A DNA stretch of 64,000 nt from Camelus dromedarius (taxonomy: Eukaryota). Both the position numbers and the translations under genes were made by a program. Shown piece by piece: positions 14,010-26,025 of this stretch (within the stretch, counting starts at the first letter, position 1; each line of letters starts with the position of its first letter). A model generated the notes under the pieces. The model ran no database searches and had not been told where the DNA came from. It saw only the letters and a list, made by a program, of their open reading frames with translations. Location of the stretch: positions 73,968,001-74,032,000 of the forward strand of contig NC_087436.1 of NCBI RefSeq assembly GCF_036321535.1, read 5' to 3'.

Positions 14010-14230
14010 ATTTACAAAGCACTAACTCTATCCCATGAAAAGTAAGTCCATTTTCTCTACTCTTATAATCCCTTTATTTACATGGGTTGTTATTATCCGC
14101 ATTTGCAGATGGGGAAATCTAGAATTAAGAAAGGTTAAGCACTAGCCTACGGTTACCTGGCTAGCACATGGTGGAGCCAGGATTCATGCCCACGGGTTGA
14201 CATGCGGTCCTTACTCTTTCCCACTATCCT
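14010..14230 (-). mobile_element. MIR
   Basis: tattatccgcatttgcagatggggaaa...ggagccaggattc. Confidence 0.7.
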
Positions 14231-15956
14231 ACAGGTGAGAGAGCAGAACGGTAATGATAGTAATGTATGACTTCTGGTTGACTCACAATATTCCCACACC
14301 TGTTCACTGAAACTAGCCCTGTAAGTTTCACACACCACATTATTCCTTATTGTGGTTAGGCAATTCTGAAAGTCTACTTCCCCTGTACTATAATGTATTA
14401 GGGATCAGAGTCCATTCGTCATGGAAAAAACCATCTTGAAAAGCCAATCATCAAATGTCAACAAAACTCAAGCCCCAAGCTGCCTTACAACCACTGTCCC
14501 TGCCCCCCTGCCCTGCCCCTCATGAAATGTAGACCCACAGAGCATCTGAAGGCTGGTAATATCTGAGGCACTGGGGAGATCACTCATCTCACAGGGCTCT
14601 CCTGAAACAGCCTTTCAAAGCCACACAAGAAAATCCAATTGTCTATAACTGGATTGCTTAAGTCTAGTCACTCAAGTAAGAGGCTACATCCTTAAACAAT
14701 CTTGCCATGGATGTGCAGGTGCATGGGAGTGGAGAGATTCAGTTTAGTTTTTTTTTTCCCCCTTGAATATGGGTGTTCAGGGAAAACATGGCCTCTGAGA
14801 AGCTTAGACTGGGGCCTCGTCTCCTCTTGGCAACGTGAACTTTTAAAAAATTCAACTATACTTTGCCATGACATTTTTTTAAAAAGCTGCCTTTAACTGT
14901 CAGATTTCAAGTCATTGATGGCTTTTAAAAATCTCTGTTAAAAGGTGTATGTCTGTTGCCACCTGGAGCGAGACAACTTTGCTAACTGGAAGTGCAGTGA
15001 TCAAACTGGACCAGGCCTGGGTGTTTTTATCTGGCCCATAGCAACTGTAAACCATGGCTTTCTTGTTAGCATGGGATTGTGGGTGCTAACAAGACAGGCT
15101 GCTCCAATCATCTTTTTTTAAGGAAAAAGTGATCTCAGTAACTCTCCCTTGTTCCCCCTTCCATACAGATTGCTGGATGTGGGTGAAAGGGCAGAAGAAA
15201 TGACCATCACTGCAGTCATAGGATAGAGAAGTCTTTTGAAATGACCAGTTCTCCAGCTCTCTTACCTAGGGGGAAGACACAGGCTCAGATTATTTTAAGA
15301 ATCTAAATGCATCTTTGCCTGGAATTTATGGCTTTTTGAGAAGAGCAAGAATCCACTGTGAGACAAAGCAATGCAGACTATTGGTGCAAGATACCAAGCT
15401 AAGTCAGCCAGTAAGCACAGACTTTGATGGCCTGAAATGTCACCCAGCCCAGAGGCCTGGCCCTAGCTACCGACTGCGCGCTGCTCAGCCCAGAAGGCAA
15501 GAACACGATTGACCACACACCACTTCAAAGGCCTCAGCAAGCAGCTAACAACCTGCGGCTGTGATGTCTTTCATTTAGTTTTGTTTCCTCACGAAGTGGA
15601 AGGGAAATGAGTTTGAGTCCAACAGAGACGGGGACGTAGCGGGGATGCAGAGGGAGTATGACAGAATATAAGTGAAAGCCTTAAAAATATCTAGATCTGT
15701 AGTCTCTTCTATTACTATAAAGGGTACACAGTCATTCCCACTCCTCTCCATTCTTCTTTAACCCTTACCAACCAACCCCAAGAAGACAAGGAAGAAAGGA
15801 AGGCTGTAGTCCGGAGGGTTCGCCAGGGTCCAGATCCTCCCTGCACAAGGTTCAGCAGTCGGGGTTGGCGGGAGGCGAGGGGGTTGTAAGTGTCCCCCCA
15901 ACAACCCGCGAGCGCGCGTGCACACACACAAACACACACAGCCCGCCACGCCTCAC

Positions 15957-16073
15957 CTTCTCGATCGTCTGGTCCACGGCCTTCTGGAAGACTCTGGCCA
16001 CCAGCAGCGTGACGCTGGTCACCAGCAGGAGCAGGGACAGCGTCCCCACCGCGTAGAAGCAGCACCTGCCCAT
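15957..16073 (-). CDS. SCARB2: SCARB2 (LIMP-2, lysosomal integral membrane protein 2) coding exon 1; remaining exons lie left of the window
   Basis: Translates MGRCCFYAVGTLSLLLLVTSVTLLVARVFQKAVDQTIEK, the LIMP-2 N-terminus with its first TM helix. Kozak context agaATGG. 117 nt ending at donor AAG|GTGAGG. Exon 2 sequence not found in 1-15956. Confidence 0.97.
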
Positions 16074-16273
16074 TCTGCGCGCGGCTCACGGGCCTGGCCG
16101 GCCACGGGACGGGAAGGAAGGAGGGAGGAGCGGCCGCCGCAGTAGCGGCCGGTAGACCGGGGACAGTCGGACGCCCGCGGCCCGGCCGGTGCGCGAGGCT
16201 CCCGGCTCCGCGGCTGGGCGAGCGCAGCCGCCCTGCACCCGGCCGGCAGGCGGGGAGTGGAAGGGCCCGCTTT

Positions 16274-16286
16274 GGTTTCGCTTTCC
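16274..16286 (-). promoter_or_regulatory. ISRE / IRF-E motif
   Basis: Plus strand GGTTTCGCTTTCC = minus GGAAAGCGAAACC; fits IRF-E GAAA(G/C)(T/C)GAAA(G/C)(T/C) and ISRE RGTTTCNNTTTCY. Confidence 0.65.
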
Positions 16287-16436
16287 CGGGCCGGGGCAGC
16301 CGCGGCGCCTGACGCAGCTCGCGAGGGAGAGGGAGCGCGCAGGGTGGGGATGCTGGCCGGCCGGGCTCGCCGCAGCCCCGGGAGACGACAGGCCGCAACT
16401 GCGCGGGGAAGCGGGCGGGGCGGAGGCTGAGCCCGC

Positions 16437-16447
16437 AGTCATGTGCC
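16437..16447 (+). promoter_or_regulatory. M-box (MiT/TFE site)
   Basis: AGTCATGTGCC, 10/11 match to the M-box AGTCATGTGCT, within the promoter of a lysosomal gene. Confidence 0.6.
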
Positions 16448-16841
16448 CAGCGTCGGCCGCCGCGATTCGGCCCGCGCGACCCGCGGCCAGGCCGGGCGGC
16501 CCCCAGCGCCCGCGGCTCCCTGACCCCGGCCACGCCTCCGCCCCCTCGCCGCGGGCCCCGCGGTCACCCTGGAAAATCGCCCGGCTTCCTCGGCTTGTTC
16601 CACCCCCTCCTCAGATACGAGCTGCAGGCCTACCGAGTGCCAAGCGCGGGGGATTCAGGATGGATGCGACATTGCCCCGGCTCTAGATGAGCTCATGTTC
16701 GCGGGGACACTGTTAGAGCGATTAAGGCACCGTGTAACCAGTGCGTTTACGAAATGCGTGCTCAGATCTGTGCAAGCACCTCTGCCCGGGGGACCGAGGA
16801 CCCCACAGTTGAACTGGGTCTTGGAGGATGTGTAAGGGTTT

Positions 16842-16851
16842 GTCACGTGAA
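16842..16851 (+). promoter_or_regulatory. CLEAR-like E-box (TFEB/TFE3/USF)
   Basis: GTCACGTGAA, 9/10 match to CLEAR GTCACGTGAC with palindromic TCACGTGA core, about 770 bp upstream of the SCARB2 ATG. Confidence 0.5.
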
Positions 16852-17254
16852 GGATGTGTACAAGCGAGAAGAAAGAGCTGTGTTAAGACATTGTGGGAGA
16901 AAGAGCAAAATTGTAGGGAAAAAGAAGTAAGTGCCTTTTTACTCTAGGCTCAGCTGTGTACAGTGTGGGGTGGGAGGTGTGGAGGACCCTTGGAATCAGA
17001 CCTTAAAGAGCTCTTGTGTCCCGTAGGAGAGTTGGGACTTTATTCTGCCTCAGTGGGCAAGAGGCTTCAAGCAGTTAAGGAACCTGCTTTGCGCACCAGT
17101 GTGTGCCAGGCAGCCAGGCCAAAGTCTGCACTCAGCAGGAGCTCAATAAATGCTGAATGAACGTCAACTGTATACCAGGCCTTGGCTAGGTGCTTATACA
17201 CACCTATTTCATACCCACAGCAGCCTTGTGAGGAGATGGCTGTTCATCTCAGTC

Positions 17255-17630
17255 CCCCCACAGCAGTGCCAGACAGGAGCACCATGTAAGAGACTTATAA
17301 GGGAACGCGGACAGGGAGCTGCACCTGGGATAGAGGTGTGACTTTTGTGAAGGAGAGAGGCAAGAAAGGTTGAGTGGAAGGAAGCATCTTATAGGACAGT
17401 GTAGCTCTAAGACAGTTCAGCAAGGCCACGAGGGGCCCTCAAGTGTAACTGGCGTGTCCCAGGAGTCCAGCATCCCTCAGAAATAGGCTTCTTGTACTTA
17501 GGCACGGACTGGAAACAGCCCCAGGAAACTGACCTCCATACCAAGCTGTGGATGAGAATCTGAGGCTAGATTTTAGGGTTCAGCAGCTGAGGGCTGTTGG
17601 TCAGTTAGGCTCTGCACTGGAAGATCAGAG
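17255..17630. mobile_element. Probable ERVL solo LTR nested in a MIR (MIR about 17160-17810)
   Basis: MIR halves at about 17170-17250 and 17665-17800 are split by about 380 bp of LTR-like sequence. Confidence 0.45.
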
Positions 17631-17894
17631 AAGTACATTTTCTTGGCCACTATGGTAGTACGATTCCCATTTTACACACAAGGAAACCATGGCTCTGAGA
17701 AGTAATAAGTAACCTAACACGCTCAAACAGTTGCTGAGTGGTGGATCCTGCCTGGACCAGAATGCTGGCCTGGTGGCTTCCAAAGCCCTCACTGTTTCTA
17801 CTCTTTGCATTACTGCCTCCTGGCCGCCATCACTGAAAATCTGGGAACAGGGAGTTCAGCTGGGAGATCCTGCTGAGGATTTGGTGAGATGTTG

Positions 17895-18318
17895 GGGTGC
17901 ATTAAAACTGGTGGCAAATTCTTTGACACTCCTTCTATTGAGAGGTGGGATCTATACCATTTCCCTCGAACTTGGGCTGGATTTAGAAATCACTAAATCA
18001 CCATATCCTGGAACTTCTGTAGATAGATCATAAACATCTTGCAGCTTCTGCCTGGGTCTCTGGAAATTACTGCTCTTGGAACCCTGAGCCACCACTATGC
18101 CCAGATACCCTGAGGCCCTATGCTGGAGAGAACAAAGGAGAGACCACGGGAGATGCCCTGCCAGCCCTGTGCTGTCCCAGCCATTGGAGTCATGGGGCCC
18201 AGACACATGGAGCAGAGTGGTCCCTCCCTTGCCCTGTCTGAAATGCAAAATAAAGGACTGTTGTTGTCTTAAGCCACTACGTGTTGGCGTGTTACTCAGT
18301 TTTAGATAACCAGAACAG
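17895..18318 (+). mobile_element. MaLR LTR (MLT1H-like)
   Basis: 5' ggcaaattctttgacactcc; 3' aataaa...taagccactacgtgttgg...agataaccagaaca. Confidence 0.75.
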
Positions 18319-19611
18319 ATTGTGAGGGCAGGACAGAGCCTGGGACTTTGACAGTGACAGTGGCTGCCCATTCCCAGCTCTACTGATCTGTAGCTACCAA
18401 AGGTCTTCTAGCAGCAGGCCTAGAGTACCAGGCCTGGGTGGGGTCTGAAAGTATTTAACTCTTCCATGCCTCAGGGCCACAGTGCCCGGGTGGTCCCCAG
18501 TCCTCATGGCACCCCCAATTCTGTCACGACTATGGTCTTTTCTGCTCCCATCTCTGCTTTAGATTCCAGCTCTCTACCCAAGTTCTGTCCTGTGGTCCAG
18601 TTTGCTTCAGGGGCTGTGTTAGCCCAGGAACCCTCACTTGTCCCCTTCCTAGGCATTGGCTAGGGTCCTCTGCAGCCTACGTGTGTCTTCTCCTTCACTG
18701 ACTGAAAAAAAAAGATTTGGTAACCTGCATGCTAGAATATTTGGCACCCAGTGGTTCATGCTCACATTGAACTCCCCTCCCCCATCTCCTGACAAAGACC
18801 AGATTTTCTGTTTGTTGGCTCCATTCTGGAGAGCAAACTCCATAGTTACTCACCCACTCCAGCCCTGGGCCACCAATCCCATGCACTGTTCCTTCTCATT
18901 GTTCATTGAGGTCCCTTCTTGCCTCTTGTCTGGGCCACTAGGGGAGTAACAGACTGTGGGGATGAAAAGATGGACCCATATTTGATAAACACATCTCAGT
19001 GTTGGGGGAATGTCCTAACAAGGGTTTCTAACTCTGCTGCCCTAAATTTACCTTCCCTTTGAGGCTCTCTCCCTGATGCAACAGCATCCGTTGTTTCCAC
19101 CATGTCAGGCGGTTGGTAAGCCGCTTTCCCTTTAAAACTCTGGTCCAAACTGGACAAAAACCTCTTTCTTGGTTCCTCTTAGCACAGCTGACCAGACTAG
19201 CATTTTAAAACCATACAAAACACTAAGAGAGAACAAAAAGGATCTAAATTACAGAAAATATAAACAGCTTAAAAAAAAAAAAAAAACCCTCATGTTCCCA
19301 AAACAGCGATCTGTGATCCCACAGCAATTTCTTTCTAATCATAAAGTGCTGGCGACTTTTTAGCACCTGTCCTGGCTGGCTTTCTGCTCAGTTTCAGCTT
19401 CTTCATCCCATGGCAGCTACTGACAGGGACTTAGCCCAAAGCCCCGAGAATTCTCACACAAGCTTCCAAAGCCCCTTGGGACCCCCTCCGTAGGACGTGT
19501 TGCCTCCTCTGCACACTGGCATTATTACGTCCTCTCTTTGTGCTGTTGACTCATCTCCCCCGACAGATGCGCCTCCATCTCTACATACAGGGAGTGGCTG
19601 CTGCGTGGCCA

Positions 19612-20125
19612 TACAGTGGATATATTATTACTCAGCCTTAAAAAAGAAGGAAATCCTGATGTTTGAGACAACATGGCTGGACCTGGAGGGCATTCTGCTA
19701 AGGGAAACATGCCAGTCACAGAAGGACAAATACTACATGATACCACTTATGTGAAGAATCTAAAACTGTCAAACTTATAGAAGAAGAAAGTCGAATGGTG
19801 GTTACCAAGAGCTGAGGAGGGGGGAAACGGAGTCGTCTTAGTCAAAGCGTACAAAGTGTCAGTCATGCAAGATGAGTAAGTCCTAGAGGTTTACTGTCCA
19901 GTAGAGAGCCTATAGTTAACAATACTGTATTGGATACTTAGAAATTTGCTAACAGAGTAGATCTTATGTTAAGTATTCTTATCTCACACACACAAAATAA
20001 TAATAAAGAGGGATGTTTATGGCACTGATCATGGTGATGGTGGGTATACACTTATCTCCAAACTTACCAACTTGTGTACATTAAATATGTGCAGCTTTTT
20101 ATATGTGCATCATACCTCAATAAGT
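19612..20125 (+). mobile_element. L1MA-type 3' end
   Basis: tactcagccttaaaaaagaaggaaatc...catacctcaataa. Confidence 0.85.
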
Positions 20126-21334
20126 GCTTTTGACAAAAGGAATGAGGGTCCCAGTCAAATATAATGCCTGAGTTTTATATAGAACTTAAGGAGGCTGAGC
20201 AGGCCCAATCCTCTGAAATAAAATCTTAAAATTTGATGGTACAAAATAATTACTTCTTAAATTGAGTTCCAGTCCTTCCAAACAGCATCCAGTTCCTGGG
20301 CCTCAGGGGATGTCTCTCTGATCATCTCTGTAATTTTCCCCTTTCCCCCTGTCCCACCGCCCCCCAGCTCTGTCCTGAAGGGACCCCTCGGGTCCTGTGT
20401 AATCACCAGATTTTCTACGGGGTTGACAGCATAAACCAACCCATTCTTTCCTTGCTAATGGTGAACACCTCTCCAATTCTCTATTCACTCTGTCATCCAA
20501 AGTTAAATATTACCTGCTATCATGACTATAAAAATGCCAGGTGTAGCTAAAGCCCTTGCTAAGAAATGATGTGTCCTGTGAATGGGCCATAATTTCTGTA
20601 ATAAAGAAGAGACAATGACAACAGAAGCCTAGATAGTTATTGTTGATAATATAACTACTCTGATTAATGACCTTACCAATATTTGTTCCCATCTTCTAGA
20701 CATTTCCCAAATTTATTTTAACTAAGAGCTTTATTAAAATTGCCCCAAAAGAACACTGTAAAAACAGTTTGTTTTGTTTACCATCTATGGTAAAACAAAA
20801 TATTAGAAGAAAAAGGAAAGCTTTTCTCTGGATCTTGAGAAAAAAAGTAAAATCTTGGATACCAACAGTACCAGATATGGTGGACATATGAGAGTGAGAT
20901 GGAGAGCTTTGCCAGACCCTAGAAAGTAGTGCAGTGGTACACAGTGGAGCTGGTTAAGAATTTTGCTAAAGGTTTCTATTAAGAACCTTTGCATGTGGGT
21001 GAAATTTAGGAAGAGAGAGGGCGGGAAGGACGCACGGAAAGAAGGAGAGATTGATTTGGGGAAAGGAGTTCTGTTTTTAAAGCCTCAAATCTGTTTACAC
21101 TTTGTTTAGCAACAGCTAGCAGCTTTAGCAGTCTTCATTTTCTATAGTCACCTTACCTCATATCTTCTTAGGGATCTATCTGCCTTCTGTCCCTGTTGGT
21201 AAAAACTTCTGACGTGCTTATGAGAGGTCGGATGAAATGGGTGTGGGCCATTCTACCAAAAAAGGCATTATGTACCGGACAGCAGTTTAGGGCTCTCTGA
21301 ATTGGATTTTATTTTCTTAGATACTGAGGACTTT

Positions 21335-21633
21335 TTCCTGAGTGGGTAAGTTTTTGGTGTGAAGACAAAAAACACACTGGAAAATTAAAGAGATCATCTT
21401 ATTCAGGCTACTGCTATGGGAAAAATGTTCATTAAGGAGGAATGAATGTCTTAAAGGAAGATAGACAGTCTGGAGTTTTATAGAGGCATGTAATCAAGAG
21501 AGTCCTGAGTTAGGATGACGACAGGTCTTATTTCCCATAGGCGGGGCGGTCCTTTTAGCTGGAATGCAAAAAGGCCACGAGGTATCTCAATTGTTTTTGG
21601 GAGCACAGGGCTCAGATAAAGTTCAACATTGTC
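21335..21633. mobile_element. Probable ERV1 LTR fragment
   Basis: LTR-like sequence ending ...agttcaacattgtca; family uncertain. Confidence 0.35.
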
Positions 21634-21649
21634 AGTGGACACGAAAGCC

Positions 21650-21850
21650 CATTTGTGTTTGAATCCTACTTCCATCATTTTGTAGCTGTGTGACCTTAGG
21701 CAAATTACTTAACCTCTCTGTGTGTCAGACTCTTCATCTATAAGATGGGAATAATACATAGTACTTACCTGATGGAGATGTTTTAAGGATTAAATGAGAT
21801 GAAGCAAAAAAAGTGCCTGGCACTATATATGAGTTCAATAAGTATTATTA
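21650..21850 (+). mobile_element. MIR
   Basis: tttgaatcctacttcc...tgtgtgaccttaggcaaattacttaacctctctg. Confidence 0.85.
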
Positions 21851-22449
21851 ACATTCTTAAGTATTCTGTATAGGACAGAAATTAGATTTACAAAGATGGA
21901 CAAAACTTGCTGGTGCACTCATGTGAAACTTTACAGAAGGCCAGAAGCTTTATTCAGATAAGACAGATTGGTTTCATGCCTCCCTAAAAAGTTGACACAT
22001 AGAAATGCTGAATATATACACAACAAAATAACTCAGAAAACTTTTTTAAATGCTAAATTATAAAGACAATTAAACAATAGTTAAAATCTTTATGTGTGTA
22101 AACAGTTTTCTTTTATATATAGTGGACCAGTGGAATTTGTTTAAATGAATAGTTTGAAATGATGCCCCTTCTTTATGTCTTTTTGGAGAATGTTAGTCTT
22201 TCTTTAAAATTGTCTTGTGGCTGATTCAAATAGTATAATTAAATTAAGATAAATTTCATTTTAGGGAAATAGTTTATTAAATATAATTTCAAGCTATCTC
22301 TCCTTAATAAACTCAAGGTGGGCTTTGAGGAGAGAAGCCTCTATTGTTTGTCAGGAACACTGGTCGGCACTTGAAATATTTTCCTCCTTTTCAGTAATCC
22401 TGTGAGGTAGGGGTTATATGCCCATTTTACATCTGAAAAAATACTAGAT

Positions 22450-22588
22450 GGGAGGAAGCTATAGCTCAGTGGCAGAGTGCATGTTTATCATGCATGAGGT
22501 CCTGGGTTCAATCCCCAGTACCTCCATTAAAATAAATAAGTAAATAATAAATCTAATTATCTCCCCACCCAAACAAACAACAACAAAA
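22450..22588 (+). mobile_element. tRNA-Ala-derived SINE (vic-1-like), inserted in a MIR
   Basis: A box tagctcagtgg, B box ggttcaatcc, tRNA-Ala(AGC)-like body, AATAAA-rich tail plus ctaattatctcccc and A-rich end. Confidence 0.88.
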
Positions 22589-22849
22589 ACTAGAAGAACC
22601 TCAGAGAGATTGAATAACTTGCCCAAGATCAAGAAGCTAGTAACTAGGGGTTCAGATTCCCAGTTAAGGGCTCAAGAGACTGTCAGCCTGCTGAGGGAAA
22701 GGAAAGTGGTTTTCTTATTACCACCTCATTACCATGTCCTCCTCTCTTACAGAGCTGGCATGGGGGTCTCCAGAGGCACAGATCACTGAAATTCATTGAC
22801 TAGTTTTATTTGGAGGCCCATTAGAAATCCTCTGAATTACAGCTCTAAT

Positions 22850-23075
22850 ATTTACTGCAACCTTAACTATACAGTTCTAGGCACTTTACATATGATAACT
22901 CATTTAAACTTCACAAAATCCAATGAGGTAAGTACCAGCATTATTCTCATTTACAGATGAGGACACTGAGAGTTCAGATAACTTTTCCGAGATTGTACGG
23001 CTAGTAAGTAGTAAAGCCAGGGTTCAAATCTAGGCAGTCTGGCACCAGCGGTCACACTCTTACCACTGTTCTGTA
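22850..23075 (-). mobile_element. MIR
   Basis: ttctaggcactttacat...catttacagatgaggacactgag...gggttcaaatctaggcagtctgg. Confidence 0.85.
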
Positions 23076-23834
23076 AGCTCTGACACCAAAACAAAATGGA
23101 ATAATCAGTTTGAATTTTGCATATGTGTGAAGTGGTTTGGAGAGATTAAAAAACATTTTAATTACTGTCCCAAACCAACAGAAGCCTGTCAGGCTGGCTA
23201 TTCAGGTTAAGTCACTCTCTAGTTAGCACAAGAATTTTCCAGGAAAATAATGAAAACAAACAGACATTAGATGATTCACCCCAGTAGAAGCCCAATTATC
23301 TATGTTCCTGCATTTCAGAAGTAATCTAGATGTCTTGTGACCTTGACCAAGTCTGGAACTTTTCCATATTATCTTTATTTCATGTAATGAGATGATCAAA
23401 GGTGGTATGTGATAACACAGGTTAGAAACTGCTATAGTCTGGTAGAGTCCACATTTAGGGAAAAGTTGGCTTGACTTGGTAAAAAGAACAGTGAGTATAT
23501 GTATGACTCAGGATTAATTTAATCCTTTACATTTAGTCAGTCTGTCCCAGTCCTGTTCCATATATTGTCAGTATCATGGAAAATAAAGTCCAGAGATTCT
23601 AAGGACAAACCCAGGAGTCTGGGCCCATGGATGAGTTTGGTGTGTGTCCTCCAAGTCCACAGAGACTGAATACAAATTCAACCAACATTTTTAGAGCCCC
23701 TTGTAAGCCACTATGCTAGGAGCTAGGAAGAATAGTAAATGGTTTACAGCCTCCAGAAGCTCAAATTCAATGGTAAAGTCAACCATCCCAAATATTTTTG
23801 GTGAATAAAAGAATTAATCATAAATTATCATGAG

Positions 23835-23990
23835 GTAAGCAACAAAGATTTACTATATAACACAGGGAATTATATGCAATATCTTGTAAGAACCTATAAT
23901 GGAAAATAATCTGATATATATACCTGGATCACTTGGATGTACAGTTTAAACTAACACAAAATTGTAAATCAACTATACTTCAATAAAAAA
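23835..23990 (+). mobile_element. Short L1 3' end
   Basis: aacaaagatttactatataacacaggg...caactatacttcaataaaaaa. Confidence 0.8.
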
Positions 23991-25061
23991 TTATAGTGAT
24001 AAATACCATTGAGGGCATGAGAAAAGTCTTCCCTTCCTCAAGCCATTGAATTTGCATTGAGAACTGGACCACTCTGAACCAGACCCCTAGGGAGTGCCAT
24101 GCACTGATTGACTCAGGCTGGGTTATTGTCCATACCTGAACCAATCATGAGTAGAATTCGATTATAGTGGTTTCTACCAGAGTCAATCATTATAGCTGCA
24201 TGCAGTCATTCTCCCCAAATGAGTGACTACTACATAATGGGGAAATGGTAAGATAATTATTGAAGCATCTATAATGCCCACTAAAAATGCTAAATGCTTG
24301 ATACTTAGAAGGGTGCTCTATTGGAGGTAAAAGAAGGGGAAGGAAAGATTTCATCTCTGGAAAGGTGTGTGGTTAGCGTCGAGACTTCAAAGATAGTAGT
24401 GAAGACTAACTATTAAGCGATTTTTAGGTGAATGGTACAACATGAACAACATTCAGAAAGAAAGAGCATGGAAGGGAAAAACAGAAAGTAGAATAATACA
24501 ATTAGAGAAGAGAATGAGTGGGAAGTAAGGGAACTGTGTGAGCAGGCCAGCCTTGGGAGGTTCTGAATGTCAGTCCGAGGAGCCTGAATGTATTCTCTAT
24601 CTAACGGGGAGCTGTGCAAGGTTTTAAGGAAGGTTATGGCATTATTAGTCTCTGCTCGCCAAGATTCTAAAGATTCTTTTGCATCAGGGTTGACCCAGGT
24701 CAGGCTGAATGTTTCCAGGTCACCCTGGGTTAGGCTGGTGTTTCCAAGTCTGACTCAAGCTTCAGGGACTAGGAACAGAGTTTCCTCTGCCTGTCTGATT
24801 TTGATCTAACTTGGGGAACCTGTTTCTACCATTCTACAAATATAAGTGTTATCTTTCCAAGACAGTTGGACACTGCCCTGTGGGCTTTCTGGGGGGTCCT
24901 GCCAGGGCCCCTGGGGAGTCTGACTCCTCAATCCACACTTACTTTTAACATAGCCACCAGCAGAAGGCAGTGTTCCTAGCTCAGCCTGTCAATCCCCAAG
25001 AATTCAGCAGGTAAAGGCAACTGCGATGCCACAAGCAGATGTAAAAGAGGTAATTCAGGTA

Positions 25062-25188
25062 GGGGAGGGAGGGAAGAGCTTAGTGGTAGAGTGGGTGCTT
25101 AGCATGCCTGAGGTCCTGGGTTCAATCCCCAGTACCGCCATTAAAATAAATAAGTGAGTAAACCTAATTACCTCCCCCTCAGAAAAAA
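25062..25188 (+). mobile_element. tRNA-Ala-derived SINE (vic-1-like)
   Basis: Same body and cctaattacctcccc tail as the 22450 copy; degenerate TSD aaaagaggtaattc / aaaagagacaattc. Confidence 0.88.
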
Positions 25189-25724
25189 AGAGACAATTCG
25201 AATGAATTAATTGTACTGCTTGGGGCTAGATTCCCAAGGAAACCTAGGAGGAATGCGATGGGAAGGATAAAAGGAAGGTGTTTACCCACGTCAGGGGTAG
25301 AAATAATCTTTTATGATATAATTTTGACTCCAGGTGTATTCCAGTAGTAATAAAAGCACATTAAATATTCACCCAGCCAGATGCAATCTGTTCAAGTCCC
25401 GTGAAATCCTTTATGGAGGTTACACTCTTTATCTTGATTTTCAGGGAAACTCTCATCTGAAAAAGCTCCAGGGCTAACAACGCTCTGCTCCTGTCAGAAG
25501 GGAAAAAAGGGCAACCTCCTATTCCCTGGAGCAAACAGGCCAAGAATAACTGAAATGGAGGAAGTGCGAGACTTCAAGCTTGTGCTGCTAACAAATCTTT
25601 TCTATGCTTATAACAGAGGAAGGGGTGCAACCAACCTGGGGCTAAACCCAGGGAATGCTTTTGAGTCAGAACTCCTTGAATGCTTTCTTGGTGATAGGCA
25701 CTTGGCTAAATACTTCATACTTGA

Positions 25725-26025
25725 TTGGCCAGTATGGTAGCCACCAGCCACATGTGGCCACTAAGCACTTGAAATGTGGCTAGTCCAAACCAAGATGTGC
25801 TTAAATTTTGAAGACTTAGTATGAAAAAAAGAATATAAAATATCTCATTAATATTTTTACATCGATTGCATGTTAAAATAATATTTTCGATATATTGGAT
25901 TGAATGATATGTTATTAAAGGTAATTTTATTCTTTTTACTTCCTAAAATGACTACTAGGAAATTTAAAATTGCATAAATGGCTCACATTTGCAGTTTGCA
26001 TGGTATTTCTATTGGAGAGTACAGC
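25725..26025. mobile_element. MER33-like hAT-Charlie element
   Basis: tatggtagccaccagccacatgtggccactaagcacttgaaatgtggctagt...atttctattggagag. Confidence 0.8.

Larger units (their letters stand above)
15800..16760. promoter_or_regulatory. SCARB2: CpG island: SCARB2 promoter and 5' UTR
   Basis: Very GC- and CpG-rich against CpG-depleted flanks; spans exon 1; GC boxes near 16413-16423 and 16538-16543; no obvious TATA box. Confidence 0.92.

Noticed and set aside
16318..16325. CTCGCGAG palindrome as a BANP-type TCTCGCGAGA site
   Set aside because: Both outer flanking bases mismatch, and such 8-mers are common in CpG islands.
15715..16686. Long ORFs over the SCARB2 island (272, 165 and 118 aa)
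   Set aside because: Pro/Arg/Ala/Gly-rich frames expected from stop-codon scarcity in GC-rich DNA. The 118-aa ORF's ATG is inside the M-box and probably upstream of the TSS; there is no other minus-strand ATG between it and the SCARB2 start.
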